A DNA stretch of 64,000 bases from a candidate division CPR3 bacterium GWF2_35_18 (GTDB lineage: Bacteria; Patescibacteriota; CPR3; GWF2-35-18): assembly GCA_001771135.1 (NCBI GenBank), contig MESW01000008.1, forward strand, positions 87,630 through 151,629, given 5' to 3'. Made by a program: the position numbers and the translations under genes. Below the pieces are notes generated by a model, which was not told the DNA's origin, ran no database searches, and saw nothing but the letters and a program-made list of their open reading frames with translations. The first letter of the stretch is position 1, and each line of letters starts with the position of its first letter. Positions 1 to 9,513 of this stretch are shown in pieces.

Positions 1-282
1 TTGAATATAAAAGTATTTGACAGATAGTAAATTTTATTGTTAGACTAATTAGTAATAATCTTAATGAGATGAAAATGATTTCACTGCCCAACAATTCTTC
101 TCAGAAACTCTTTAATCCTTTTGGGTTTACCCATTTTAATTCTAATATATTTCTAGATTTATTAAATAACGCTACATATAGACATTGTGATGATTTTACA
201 TCAGGCAAAAAAGAATGATGCTATAGACGATACTAATTTTAATTATTAGAATAATTACCTTGGAAGGAGGTGAAAAATAAAC

Positions 283-807
283 ATGAAGAAATTTTTAAAG
301 AGCCGTGAAGGTTTTACCTTAATCGAACTTTTAGTTGTCATTGCGATTATTGGTATCTTAGCCGCTGTAGTTGTGCTCGCGATCAACCCAGTAGCTATGA
401 TGCAAAAAGGTCGTGATTCCAATCGTAAATCAGACTTGGCTACTCTCTCAAAAGCAATTGATATTTATATGACTCAAGGGGCGACAGCTGTTCCTGGTGG
501 TGCTAATGTAAATCAAACTTCTCAGGGTATGACTAATTGTTGTAGTGGAACAGTGTCTACATGTACTGGTCCTACAACCTCTACAACCGGAGGATGGATA
601 ATTCCATTCGCTGTTTCTTGTGGAGTTGACCTTTCACCATATATCGCCAAAATTCCTATAGATCCAAATAATACTGCGACCTTAAGATATCATTATGATA
701 CTAATGCAACAGGAGATCGTTATTGTCTTGAGGCTGATATGGAACATGCTGATAGCGGACCGAGTTACAAAGTAGGAAGTGATTTAACGGGATGTGCTAC
801 ATACTAA
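283..807 (+). CDS. Type IV pilin / pseudopilin (prepilin-type N-terminal cleavage/methylation domain)
   Basis: N-terminus MKKFLKSREG|FTLIELLVVIAIIGILAAVV is a class III signal peptide with Glu at +5. GGAGG RBS at 266-270. Confidence 0.8.
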   Translation: MKKFLKSREGFTLIELLVVIAIIGILAAVVVLAINPVAMMQKGRDSNRKSDLATLSKAIDIYMTQGATAVPGGANVNQTSQGMTNCCSGTVSTCTGPTTSTTGGWIIPFAVSCGVDLSPYIAKIPIDPNNTATLRYHYDTNATGDRYCLEADMEHADSGPSYKVGSDLTGCATY

Positions 808-954
808 AGATTAATAGATGACGTAAATTGCATGCATTTACTAGAAAGAGGGGTTCTCATGAAACCCCTCTTTTGTATTTTTATTGACACCTTAATTCTT
901 CTCCCCTACAATGAATATCTAGATAATTCGATTGAAATGTCTGGAGGTTATAAC

Positions 955-1590
955 ATGCTCAAACTGCCAAAATCTATAAGTAACCCACTTGGTTTTACCC
1001 TGGTTGAATTACTAATTGTTATAACTATTATTGGAATTCTAGCTGGGGTGGTTACTCTGAATGTTACAAGTACCATTCCAACCTCTCGTGATGGTCGTCG
1101 CATAGCAGATATTAAAGCCTTAGAGGGTGCTTCGGAGCAATATTTTTCCGATAATAAAGATTATGTTCGTGGAAATACTTGTTATAATGATACCGATCCT
1201 TATTGTAAAGAGAATAGTCAATCAAATTACGGTGTTCCCTTTCTCAATACCCTTTTGACTTCGGGTTATATCAAATCGGATACCAAAGATCCTCTTAATG
1301 ATGGAACGTATGCGTATTGGTATGGTACTCCTTACGCTCCCAATCCTCCTGACGAATACATTCTTTTTGCTAGATTAGAGAGAAAAACTTCTGGAGAAAA
1401 TATTTATCAGCTTTATAATACTTCAGGAGCAGCTGTTAGTCCGGCTGTTTATTATTACGCTGTTTTTTCTGATTACAACTATTGGTACAATAATTTTCGG
1501 GATAACTCTTCTGCAACGTCTTGTACGCATGCAGGAGAATGGGCACATATACTTGTTGGAACAGCCGGTTGTTTACATAAAACATGGTAA
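955..1590 (+). CDS. Prepilin-type pilin-like protein
   Basis: Internal start MLKLPKSISNPLG|FTLVELLIVITIIGILAGV with GGAGG about 10 nt upstream. The track ORF from 832 carries an implausible leader. Exact start uncertain. Confidence 0.7.
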   Translation: MLKLPKSISNPLGFTLVELLIVITIIGILAGVVTLNVTSTIPTSRDGRRIADIKALEGASEQYFSDNKDYVRGNTCYNDTDPYCKENSQSNYGVPFLNTLLTSGYIKSDTKDPLNDGTYAYWYGTPYAPNPPDEYILFARLERKTSGENIYQLYNTSGAAVSPAVYYYAVFSDYNYWYNNFRDNSSATSCTHAGEWAHILVGTAGCLHKTW

Positions 1591-2507
1591 TTATCTTTTT
1601 TCTTTTTATTCTAGGGATTTCGATTGGTTCTTTTCTGGATGTCATTATTTCCAGAGTTTATCTTGATGTTTCGCCTAAATTGTCTAAAGATATTATCTCT
1701 TCTCGATCGGCATGCGCTTCTTGTAAGTATACTTTAAATTTTTGGGATCTTATTCCTCTACTCTCTTTTTTATTTCTGCGGGGAAAATGTCGTTACTGCG
1801 GGGCAAAAATTCCCTTCCGTTGTTTTTTGATGGAACTTTTTACAGGTATTTTGTTTGCTTTATATGGAATATTTGTTTTAAAAGGGTTTTCCCCATCAGC
1901 TTTACAAAACTGGATGCTCATTTTGTACTCTCTTATCGTAATTAGTTGCTTGATTATAATTTTCCAAGTAGATCTGCATAAATACATTATCCCAAATCCT
2001 ATCATTTTTTCTTTAATTGGTTTAGGTTTATTACTAGAACCAATTTGGGGATTGTTAAATTTAAAACACCAAATGATTCCACTCAATCATTTTTTATTTG
2101 ATATTTACTGGTTAATAAAAAGTTTATTAACCAATTTTGGGATAGAAATGTCTTTATCATATTCGCAACTACCGGTAATTTCTCCTTTTTTGAATCCGAT
2201 ATTCAGTGCTTTTTTTCTGGGATTATTCTTTTATTTAATCGTTTTTTTGACACGTGGAAAAGGAATGGGGATGGGAGATGTAAAACTTGCTTTCTTTATG
2301 GGGCTTTTTTTAGGTTGGCCGGAGAGTATTTTAGCACTATACCTTGCTTTTGTCTCTGGAGCTATTGTATCATTGATAATGGTATTAATAAAAAAGAAAA
2401 AGCTAAAGCAAAAAATTCCTTTTGGTCCATTTTTGCTCTTTGGTTTTTTTTGCACTTGGTTCTGGAATGCTGAAATTATATCTATTTTTGCAAGAATTGC
2501 TCATTAA
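1584..2507 (+). CDS. pilD: Prepilin peptidase (A24 family, PilD-like)
   Basis: Polytopic membrane protein. N-terminal CASC...CRYC zinc-binding motif typical of prepilin peptidases. GMGMGDVKL matches the catalytic GGDVKL region. Confidence 0.85.
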   Translation: MVIIFFLFILGISIGSFLDVIISRVYLDVSPKLSKDIISSRSACASCKYTLNFWDLIPLLSFLFLRGKCRYCGAKIPFRCFLMELFTGILFALYGIFVLKGFSPSALQNWMLILYSLIVISCLIIIFQVDLHKYIIPNPIIFSLIGLGLLLEPIWGLLNLKHQMIPLNHFLFDIYWLIKSLLTNFGIEMSLSYSQLPVISPFLNPIFSAFFLGLFFYLIVFLTRGKGMGMGDVKLAFFMGLFLGWPESILALYLAFVSGAIVSLIMVLIKKKKLKQKIPFGPFLLFGFFCTWFWNAEIISIFARIAH

Positions 2508-2529
2508 GTAAAAAGTTTTAAACAAAAAA

Positions 2530-3123
2530 ATGCCCAAGAATTTTTCGTGTAAATATTTTATTTCTTCCGCTGGTTTTACCTTGGTTGAATTATTGGTTGT
2601 GATGGCGATCATTTCAATCGTAACTATTATATCATTTCCTTCTTTCTCAACTTTTTCTCGTCAGCAAATATTGCAATCAGAAGCGGAAAAAATGGCTTCT
2701 CGGATAAAATTGGCTCAATCAAATGCCAGGTCTGGAAATCAGGGAGAAGATGAAACTGAAGAAGTGCAAGGGTTTATGATTGACTTTATAAACGTTGATT
2801 CCACTAATAAGTATTATCTCAAAAAGCATCGTAACGATCTAACAAATCCCTATAGCTATGTGGTGACAGAAGATGAATATACGCTAGATCAAAGTATTAC
2901 GAATATTACTTTTGAGGTTGGAGGAACTGAAGTTACAACTAAGGTATTTTATTTTCAATCTTCTCGCGGATATCTTTCATGTCTAACTGCTGTTCCTGTA
3001 AACGGGAATGATCAAGCTGAATGTGTTGTGTCTCAATTCAAAATTACTTTATTAAATTCCCAAGGAGAGGCTAAATATGTCTATATTGAAAGAGGAGGAG
3101 CTGTTTATGCAAGCGATTCTTAA
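2530..3123 (+). CDS. Pseudopilin / minor pilin (prepilin-type)
   Basis: ...ISSAG|FTLVELLVVMAIISIV N-terminal motif. Confidence 0.7.
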   Translation: MPKNFSCKYFISSAGFTLVELLVVMAIISIVTIISFPSFSTFSRQQILQSEAEKMASRIKLAQSNARSGNQGEDETEEVQGFMIDFINVDSTNKYYLKKHRNDLTNPYSYVVTEDEYTLDQSITNITFEVGGTEVTTKVFYFQSSRGYLSCLTAVPVNGNDQAECVVSQFKITLLNSQGEAKYVYIERGGAVYASDS

Positions 3124-3679
3124 AAAAATTCAAAAAGAACAGTCCGGAATGTCAATTATTGAGATTCTTGCGGCCGTAACATTTTCAATAGTAACTTTAG
3201 GAGCTTTGATAACCTTGGGTATTGTAACTTCTCGATCTTCGGACGCAGCAAGAAAAAGATCCCAAGCGGTTGAATTCGCAAAACAGGGAGTTGAAGCTGT
3301 CAGAGCTATTCGTGATAATGTTTCTGAGTTTCAAGGTCAAGAGTTTGCGGTTTGTGGAGAAAGCTGTTCTCCAGCCTGTGCCGGTTGGGATTGGGTATTG
3401 ATAAACGCCTGTCCTTGGAGTAATGGAACTTCGAATATGACTTTCTTTTTAGGTAGTAGTAGTGATAAGTGGAATCTACAATATGTGAATGATGGTGGAG
3501 ACGATTTGCATACCAGCTATCAGATTCCTGCAGATACTAATTTCTATCGGAAAGTTATTGTTGTTGAAGGACCTAGTGCTGATGGAAGTGATAAAGAAAT
3601 CGAGGTGCGTATCTCTTGGAAAGTGAGAGAGCAAGTTTTTACAGTTTCGGAAAGAATTCTTCTTACTGATTGGAGATAA
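3107..3679 (+). CDS. Pseudopilin / minor pilin (prepilin-type)
   Basis: MQAILKKIQKEQSG|MSIIEILAAVTFSIV with Glu +5. AGAGGAGGAG RBS lies 6 nt upstream of the ATG at 3107. Overlaps the previous gene. Confidence 0.65.
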   Translation: MQAILKKIQKEQSGMSIIEILAAVTFSIVTLGALITLGIVTSRSSDAARKRSQAVEFAKQGVEAVRAIRDNVSEFQGQEFAVCGESCSPACAGWDWVLINACPWSNGTSNMTFFLGSSSDKWNLQYVNDGGDDLHTSYQIPADTNFYRKVIVVEGPSADGSDKEIEVRISWKVREQVFTVSERILLTDWR

Positions 3680-3689
3680 TATTTAAATT

Positions 3690-4253
3690 ATGAATTATAA
3701 ATTTAGTATTACGAAAAATGAACAAGGTTTTACATTGGTTGAATTACTTGTTAGTCTAGTTATTTTTAGTATTGTGATGGGTCTTGGAAGTACGGCGTTG
3801 CTTTCGATTATGCAAAGTAATAATAAAGCAAAGTTGATTAACCGTTTGCGTACTGATGGTAGTCGCGTGATTGAAGAGATTGAAAGAGAAATTAAAGTTG
3901 CAGATGAGGTTCAGGCTTTAACTTCATATAACCTTGATTACCGAAAAAACGGTAATGAATATTATCGTTACAGCATCATTGATAATTCGAGTACTGATAA
4001 CAATAATTCAATCGTAAAAACACAATGTACTGGTTTGGGAATAGGATGTACAACAAGTTTATATACCTTAACTCCTACTGATAATCAAAATGGTTTGAAC
4101 GTGGCTCTCCCTCCAAGCTCTAGTTTTACTTATTATGACTATGGTGAAGTGAAAATAATCTTTACGTTTGAACAACCAGTGGGTTTGCCGGATAGACAAG
4201 AATATCAAGGAAGTATTACTTTAAATAGTAGTGTTACCTTACGAGATTATTAA
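3690..4253 (+). CDS. Pseudopilin / minor pilin (prepilin-type)
   Basis: MNYKFSITKNEQG|FTLVELLVSLVIFSIV. Confidence 0.7.
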   Translation: MNYKFSITKNEQGFTLVELLVSLVIFSIVMGLGSTALLSIMQSNNKAKLINRLRTDGSRVIEEIEREIKVADEVQALTSYNLDYRKNGNEYYRYSIIDNSSTDNNNSIVKTQCTGLGIGCTTSLYTLTPTDNQNGLNVALPPSSSFTYYDYGEVKIIFTFEQPVGLPDRQEYQGSITLNSSVTLRDY

Positions 4254-4270
4254 TATAGTAAGATAACAAA

Positions 4271-4301
4271 ATTGTTATACTCGAATTAACCTATTTTGCA
4301 A
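4271..4301 (-). promoter_or_regulatory. Promoter-like element in antisense orientation within the pilus locus
   Basis: Minus strand TTTGCA-17nt-TATAAC. 29 of 33 nt identical to the rpsP promoter element at 14890-14920, including the spacer. Confidence 0.35.
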
Positions 4302-4404
4302 ATTGAAATGACAGTAATTCGGATATAACTACCTGCGTAGGCTCAACTACTTTCATTTTTAAATTCAAGGAAGTTGGGTATATAATTATTTCAAGGAGTA
4401 GTAT

Positions 4405-5346
4405 ATGTTTCAATTCACCAAAAATGAACGAGCCCATTTGTCCCTCAAAGAAGAACAAGGTCAAGCTCTTGTCCTTGTGATTCTGATTATGTTAGTAGCT
4501 TTGACTGTTGGTGTTTCTGTTTCGTCTCAAGCTTTGATAGGTTCCAAAGAAGCTGTCTCTGAAGAACAGTCAGCTCAAGCATACGCCGTTGCCGAATCAG
4601 GAGCAGAGATTGCGTTGAAGCACTTAAAAACTTGTACTGAAGGAGTAGATTGTCTGACAGCTTCACCAGTTACTGGAAGCATTGGAGGTTCTACTTATAC
4701 CTATACTATTTCTTCGGCTTCGCTTTTGGCTTCGAATATTTATGAAACTAGACTTCAAAAAGATGAGGTTGTTCAGATTGATCTTAGTAATATTGCGGGT
4801 CTTACCAGCTCCAATAACGATGTTAAAATATATTTTTGGAGTGATGATTCTGATAGAGGTGTAAATGCAGATACTTCAAGTAATACATGTAGCCTTCCTG
4901 ATATTCCTGATGCGGCGATAGAATTTATCTATTTAGCTTATGATACTGGTTCCAATCCTTCTTATTTTGTTCGAGAGAAACAAGTTTATGATAGTTGCAC
5001 TGTTAGGCCTACTTCGAACAATTTTTCCGCTAGTGTGACAGGAGGAGTTATTGGTGGATATGATTATGACTTTTATGCTAAAAAAAGCGCTTTAGAAGAT
5101 TATTCTTTCAAAATGAATACAGATGATGAACAACGATTACTCAGGATCCGATCTTGGTACAACAATACTTGGATAGCTGTCGTTCTACATGATGTAAGTA
5201 TTCAGTTTCCGAATCAAGGTTATGAAATCGTATCTTCTGGAACAACGGGTGAGAATAAGCGTACAGTAAAGGTCACAAAGTCGAATCCTTATTTACCGGC
5301 AATCTTTGATTATGTTTTATTTTCCGGTGGAGATTTGCAAAAGTAA
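4405..5346 (+). CDS. PilX-like minor pilin / pilus assembly protein (N-terminal hydrophobic helix, no Glu+5)
   Basis: N-terminus ...EEQGQALVLVILIMLVALTVGVSV resembles the PilX_N type. AGGAG RBS. Position after the pilins. Confidence 0.5.
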   Translation: MFQFTKNERAHLSLKEEQGQALVLVILIMLVALTVGVSVSSQALIGSKEAVSEEQSAQAYAVAESGAEIALKHLKTCTEGVDCLTASPVTGSIGGSTYTYTISSASLLASNIYETRLQKDEVVQIDLSNIAGLTSSNNDVKIYFWSDDSDRGVNADTSSNTCSLPDIPDAAIEFIYLAYDTGSNPSYFVREKQVYDSCTVRPTSNNFSASVTGGVIGGYDYDFYAKKSALEDYSFKMNTDDEQRLLRIRSWYNNTWIAVVLHDVSIQFPNQGYEIVSSGTTGENKRTVKVTKSNPYLPAIFDYVLFSGGDLQK

Positions 5347-5440
5347 GAAAAAATTGCCAGGGATATTAAAAATTGTTAAGCTGATACTTATTAAAATATA
5401 TTTTGAAATGATATCTAAAAACCATCTGAAGGAGCTATCT

Positions 5441-7540
5441 ATGAGCCGTAAAATTTTTCTCACAGCCTTGGCTGTTTTATTTTTGATTATTGTATCCCCT
5501 CCCTCGACTCAAGCGGCTTTACAATCTATTCACTATCAAGGGAGATTGAGAGTAATAAATGGAGCTCTTGTTAATGGTGTCACGAGATATTTCAAAGTAT
5601 CCTACTATAATTCTCAAGTAGGGGGAACACTCTTTTGGGCAGATGGTACATGTTATAGTTCAGCTGTCTCATATGGCAATTTCGAACTTAATTTAAGTAC
5701 CGCTCCTGCTTCTTTGGGTTATTTTGATGCGACTAATTATTGGATGACGTTACAGATGTATTCAAATAGTAGCTGTACAACACTGTTAGATACTTTTCCT
5801 CGAGAGCAGATATCAGCTTCCCCTATTGCGATAACAAGTTCATATTTATCGGGAATTAGTGGTAGCGGAACAAATATTTTAGGTGATGCCAGAATTGGAT
5901 ATGTGACTAATGATAATGGAAGTACGGTAGGTTATGGTAATAGACTCTATTTTTCTGGTGGAGATGATTGGGCATCTTGGGATAGCGATAATTCAGATTC
6001 TATATATATAAGTAGGTATAACTCAGGTAGTGATTATACTGAATTAAGAGTTAATATTGGTGATAACGCCAGTCAAGCAGCGGATAAATTTGTTGTAGGA
6101 ACGACTGATCCTTCTTGGACTCCACGTTTAACAGCGCAGATGAATGGTTATGTTGGGATTAATAAGGGTAGTCCAGAGTATCCTTTAGATGTAGCTGGTT
6201 CTGGAAGTAATTATCTTGCAAGATTTCAAAGTCCTGATGGATATTTATTGTTAGGTCCTGCGAATAGTGGATGGGCTCATTTAGCAACGGATAGAGCACG
6301 TTTTTATATGAATACTGGTCTTACCGTAGATACCGGGAATATTGGTAGTTATAACGAAAATTTAAGTTTGCAAACCTCGGGAACAACTCGTTTTACTATT
6401 TTGAATAGTAATGGAAATATAGGTATTGACGATACGACTCCATCTCATAAACTTGATGTTAATGGTGATATTGCAATGAAAAGCGATATGCGAATGAATA
6501 CTAGTTTTTCCGTCGATAACGGAACATTAAGCATTTTTAATGATAGAATTGATGATGCTTGGGATTATAACAATTTTAGGATTTGTGCTAATTCTAATTG
6601 TAGTTATGGATTTCAGATAGAAACTTCTCCTGCAGGTAATCCTACTCTTAGTGCCATTGGACAAGATTTTATAACTATTAACGATGCTTTGTGGCTAACT
6701 ACGGCGCAAACTAGAGTTATAAATCTGGGTGAATCTATTATATCTGATCTTTGGGGAGCCGATGGAACAGATGATTTTGTCATCCATGGTCCTGGATGGG
6801 ATGGTTCTTCAAATAATAACTATGGTACAGTCGTGGGAGGGCATTTTTATTCTTATGGTGGTATGGATATTGGTTCCGGAAACGGCAGATTAGCAGGACA
6901 AGGACAACTATACGTACAAGGATTATCAACTTTTAATGGAGATATTGTTGTTGGTGAATATAATAGTGGTGTTGGTATGTTAACTTTGTATGGAGATTAT
7001 GATGGTCAATATTCCGCTGCGGGGATTGATATGCATTTTGGTGACGGTGATCTTTGGCATCTGGGTGCGCGTGGTTCTTTAGATGCAGATCCAAGTAAAG
7101 CCATTAAGTTCTGGTTCTATGATGATCCAGATGCTCCTGATCCAGATAGTTGGTCAAATCCTCTTACAATAAATCCACCAGGAAATACTTATGTAGTTAA
7201 AGTAAATGGAGCGATGTATGCAACTTCATATGCTTGTGCTTCGGATGAAAATTTAAAGAAAGATATCGAAGGTATTGATGGCAAAACAGCAATAGAAAAG
7301 TTTAAACAGATAAATGGAGTGAACTTCAAATGGAGAGAAGGAGATGAATCATTACAGCTTGGAGTGATTGCACAGGATGTAGAGAAAGTCTTTCCAGAAG
7401 CAGTAAAAACAGATGAAAATACCGGGTTCAAATCAGTTAATTATGATAACTTAGTAGCTCCTTTAATCGAAGCGGTGAAAGAACAGCAAAGAGAGATTGA
7501 AGCATTACAAAGAGAAATTGAAGATCTAAAAAATAATTAA
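5441..7540 (+). CDS. Secreted fibre-like protein with C-terminal peptidase S74 intramolecular-chaperone (auto-cleaving) domain
   Basis: GAAGGAG RBS and ATG at 5441. Signal peptide MSRKIFLTALAVLFLIIVSPPSTQA. The last about 99 aa, SDENLKKDIEGI...NGVNFKW...GVIAQDVEKVFPEAV...VNYDNLVAPLIEAVKE...coiled coil, match the endosialidase/tail-spike chaperone domain. Confidence 0.7.
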   Translation: MSRKIFLTALAVLFLIIVSPPSTQAALQSIHYQGRLRVINGALVNGVTRYFKVSYYNSQVGGTLFWADGTCYSSAVSYGNFELNLSTAPASLGYFDATNYWMTLQMYSNSSCTTLLDTFPREQISASPIAITSSYLSGISGSGTNILGDARIGYVTNDNGSTVGYGNRLYFSGGDDWASWDSDNSDSIYISRYNSGSDYTELRVNIGDNASQAADKFVVGTTDPSWTPRLTAQMNGYVGINKGSPEYPLDVAGSGSNYLARFQSPDGYLLLGPANSGWAHLATDRARFYMNTGLTVDTGNIGSYNENLSLQTSGTTRFTILNSNGNIGIDDTTPSHKLDVNGDIAMKSDMRMNTSFSVDNGTLSIFNDRIDDAWDYNNFRICANSNCSYGFQIETSPAGNPTLSAIGQDFITINDALWLTTAQTRVINLGESIISDLWGADGTDDFVIHGPGWDGSSNNNYGTVVGGHFYSYGGMDIGSGNGRLAGQGQLYVQGLSTFNGDIVVGEYNSGVGMLTLYGDYDGQYSAAGIDMHFGDGDLWHLGARGSLDADPSKAIKFWFYDDPDAPDPDSWSNPLTINPPGNTYVVKVNGAMYATSYACASDENLKKDIEGIDGKTAIEKFKQINGVNFKWREGDESLQLGVIAQDVEKVFPEAVKTDENTGFKSVNYDNLVAPLIEAVKEQQREIEALQREIEDLKNN

Positions 7541-7560
7541 ATTAATTAGAGGTTTAAATT

Positions 7561-8238
7561 ATGCATAATAGAGTATTTATTATCTTAAGTATTTTGTTTT
7601 TATTATTAATTACAAGTTTAAATATTGGACCTGTTTTTGCCGCTTGTGAAACAAGTGGTTGTTGTCCTGCAGGCTCGCAAAATTCATGTTGTGGTGGTGG
7701 TGATGGTGGTGGTGGTTATACCTATGATTGTACTGCATGTGGTACAACTCCTAGTCCTACGGGTAAATGTTGTATGGAATGGCCAGATGATAGTTGTGGT
7801 TGTCCTTCAGCAACTCATTGTGGCGGTGGCGGGTGCGGTTATGGAGATACATGTGGTTGTACTATTGGAGCCTGTAGTACTGGGGATGATGATGATTGTA
7901 ATCAACCATGTGGTGGGTGTTTTCCTTGCGATGCTTGTGCAACGATTGGAAGTATCCCTGAAGAAAATCCACTGATGTTAAGTTTTACAGATGCAGAATA
8001 TGGAAAGACTACAGAAGAAGAGATAACTTCTTGTCAAAATAGTTTGGTTGGAACAGTAAATGCATCTTCTTCAGATAAAGAGGTTGTATTAAGCAGTCTG
8101 AATACTCCAATTTGGAAATTGGCAATATTCGATACGTATGATTGGATAGACAATAATAAGACTTTACTTTTAGGCGGTATAAGTGGTGTTTTAATTCTGA
8201 TTGCTGTTTCGTTAAAATTAATTTTTAGAAATCATTAA
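7561..8238 (+). CDS. Cys/Gly-rich secreted protein with C-terminal membrane anchor
   Basis: Signal peptide, then about 100 aa with about 26 Cys (CC, CxxC, GGGG runs), then a C-terminal hydrophobic helix LLLGGISGVLILIAVSL. Confidence 0.6.
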   Translation: MHNRVFIILSILFLLLITSLNIGPVFAACETSGCCPAGSQNSCCGGGDGGGGYTYDCTACGTTPSPTGKCCMEWPDDSCGCPSATHCGGGGCGYGDTCGCTIGACSTGDDDDCNQPCGGCFPCDACATIGSIPEENPLMLSFTDAEYGKTTEEEITSCQNSLVGTVNASSSDKEVVLSSLNTPIWKLAIFDTYDWIDNNKTLLLGGISGVLILIAVSLKLIFRNH

Positions 8239-8239
8239 T

Positions 8240-9511
8240 ATGAAAAAGTATCTGCTTTTTTTATCTCTAATTATTATCGGAGTTCTTTCAATCGTATTTT
8301 TTAAATATTATTCCGATGAGATTAATGAAAAAAATAAAACATTAACGACAAGAAATAGCCTTATTTCCCAAAAAAAGGAAAGTTTAAAAACTGAGGATTT
8401 AGATATTTTACTAGACGGTAGCATACATAGCTCTGGTGAATGGTTACTTCGTAATCAGAAGGCAGATGGTTCTTTCAACTATGAACGTGATGTGACTACG
8501 GGTGAAATTACAGATAGCGAGAATAATATAGTGCGTCAATCAGGAACTTTATACGGAGTGGCAAAACTTTATAACTATACTAAAGACACTAGATACAAAG
8601 AAACACTTTTAAAAGGTTTTAATTATTTTGATACACTAGCCGAAACTAAAGATCTAGAGGGAACGACAGTTAGATACTTTAAAGAAGGCGGTAGTGTTCA
8701 AGCAAATACCGTAGCTCTACAGATTTTGGCGTATTTGGAACTTGCGAAAGCTGATCGCGATTTACCCTCTGACTTAAGTACAAAATTAGAAGAAATGGTT
8801 AATTTCATTAAATTATCTCAGCAAAGTAATGGTGCTTTTCAGAACTATTTTTTAAATAAGATCAAGATTGAGTGTTGGGAATCAGATTATAACAATGGAG
8901 AATCCTTTTTTGCTTTAACTAGTTACTATAAATATTCATCCGATGAAACTTTAAGACCTCTTTTAGAAATATCCGCAAATTACTTTTTAGAAAAGTACAA
9001 AGACTTTAATATTGAATTTTACTCTTGGGGGATGATGGGTTTTTCGCAGCTTTATGAAATTACTGGAAATACTAACTACCGAGATTATATTTATCAAAAT
9101 ACTGATAATATGATAAATGTAGCTGGGACGAACTTTCTCGGGATTGGGGCGTATTTAAAATCGACAAATGAAGCAAATCCATTACCAGATTATAGTCAAA
9201 TAGTTCAGACAGAGGGACTGCTATATGTTTATAAAATAGCGGTAATGGATAATCCAGAAAAAGCTTCGACTTATAAGAATGCGATTATAAATAGTCTAGC
9301 GTTTCATGCAGTCTTTCAGTCCCCTTGGGAAGAAACTCTTCCAAACAGAATATATGATGTTGTCAAAGGTGGTTTTTGTAACCGTTCGGACTGTTCTATC
9401 CAAAGGATTGATATGGTTCATCATGCTTTAAGTGCATTTATAGATGCTCTTAATTTTATCGATAATAGTAACCTGCAACTTTCTGTTGCAAATAGTATAA
9501 ATACAAAATAA
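8240..9511 (+). CDS. Membrane-anchored protein with alpha/alpha-toroid (prenyltransferase/squalene-oxidase-like) repeats
   Basis: N-terminal TM helix. Repeated Q..(D/N)G(S/A)F motifs (QKADGSFNYE, QQSNGAFQNYF) typical of alpha-toroid repeat proteins. No LanC-type Cys/His motifs. Confidence 0.45.
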   Translation: MKKYLLFLSLIIIGVLSIVFFKYYSDEINEKNKTLTTRNSLISQKKESLKTEDLDILLDGSIHSSGEWLLRNQKADGSFNYERDVTTGEITDSENNIVRQSGTLYGVAKLYNYTKDTRYKETLLKGFNYFDTLAETKDLEGTTVRYFKEGGSVQANTVALQILAYLELAKADRDLPSDLSTKLEEMVNFIKLSQQSNGAFQNYFLNKIKIECWESDYNNGESFFALTSYYKYSSDETLRPLLEISANYFLEKYKDFNIEFYSWGMMGFSQLYEITGNTNYRDYIYQNTDNMINVAGTNFLGIGAYLKSTNEANPLPDYSQIVQTEGLLYVYKIAVMDNPEKASTYKNAIINSLAFHAVFQSPWEETLPNRIYDVVKGGFCNRSDCSIQRIDMVHHALSAFIDALNFIDNSNLQLSVANSINTK

Positions 9512-9513
9512 AG

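Noticed and set aside
1436-2612. Track ORFs 1436-1645(-), 1742-1945(+), 1793-2086(-), 2231-2455(-), 2403-2612(-).
   Set aside because: All lie within or antisense to the prepilin peptidase and pilin genes, with low-complexity translations and no RBS. Treated as spurious.
4254-4404. Plus-strand promoter for the PilX-like gene within the repeated element.
   Set aside because: In plus orientation the -35/-10 spacing is 22 nt. The sigma70-like geometry exists only on the minus strand.
7625-7975. Track ORF 7625-7975(+) (VVVV-rich) and 7189-7431(-).
   Set aside because: Alternate-frame or antisense artefacts of the Cys/Gly-rich and S74 genes.
8240-9511. LanC-type lanthipeptide cyclase paired with the Cys-rich neighbour as a RiPP cluster.
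   Set aside because: LanC zinc-ligand motifs are absent. The Cys-rich protein is 225 aa with a signal peptide and TM anchor, unlike a precursor peptide. No LanB or LanM nearby.
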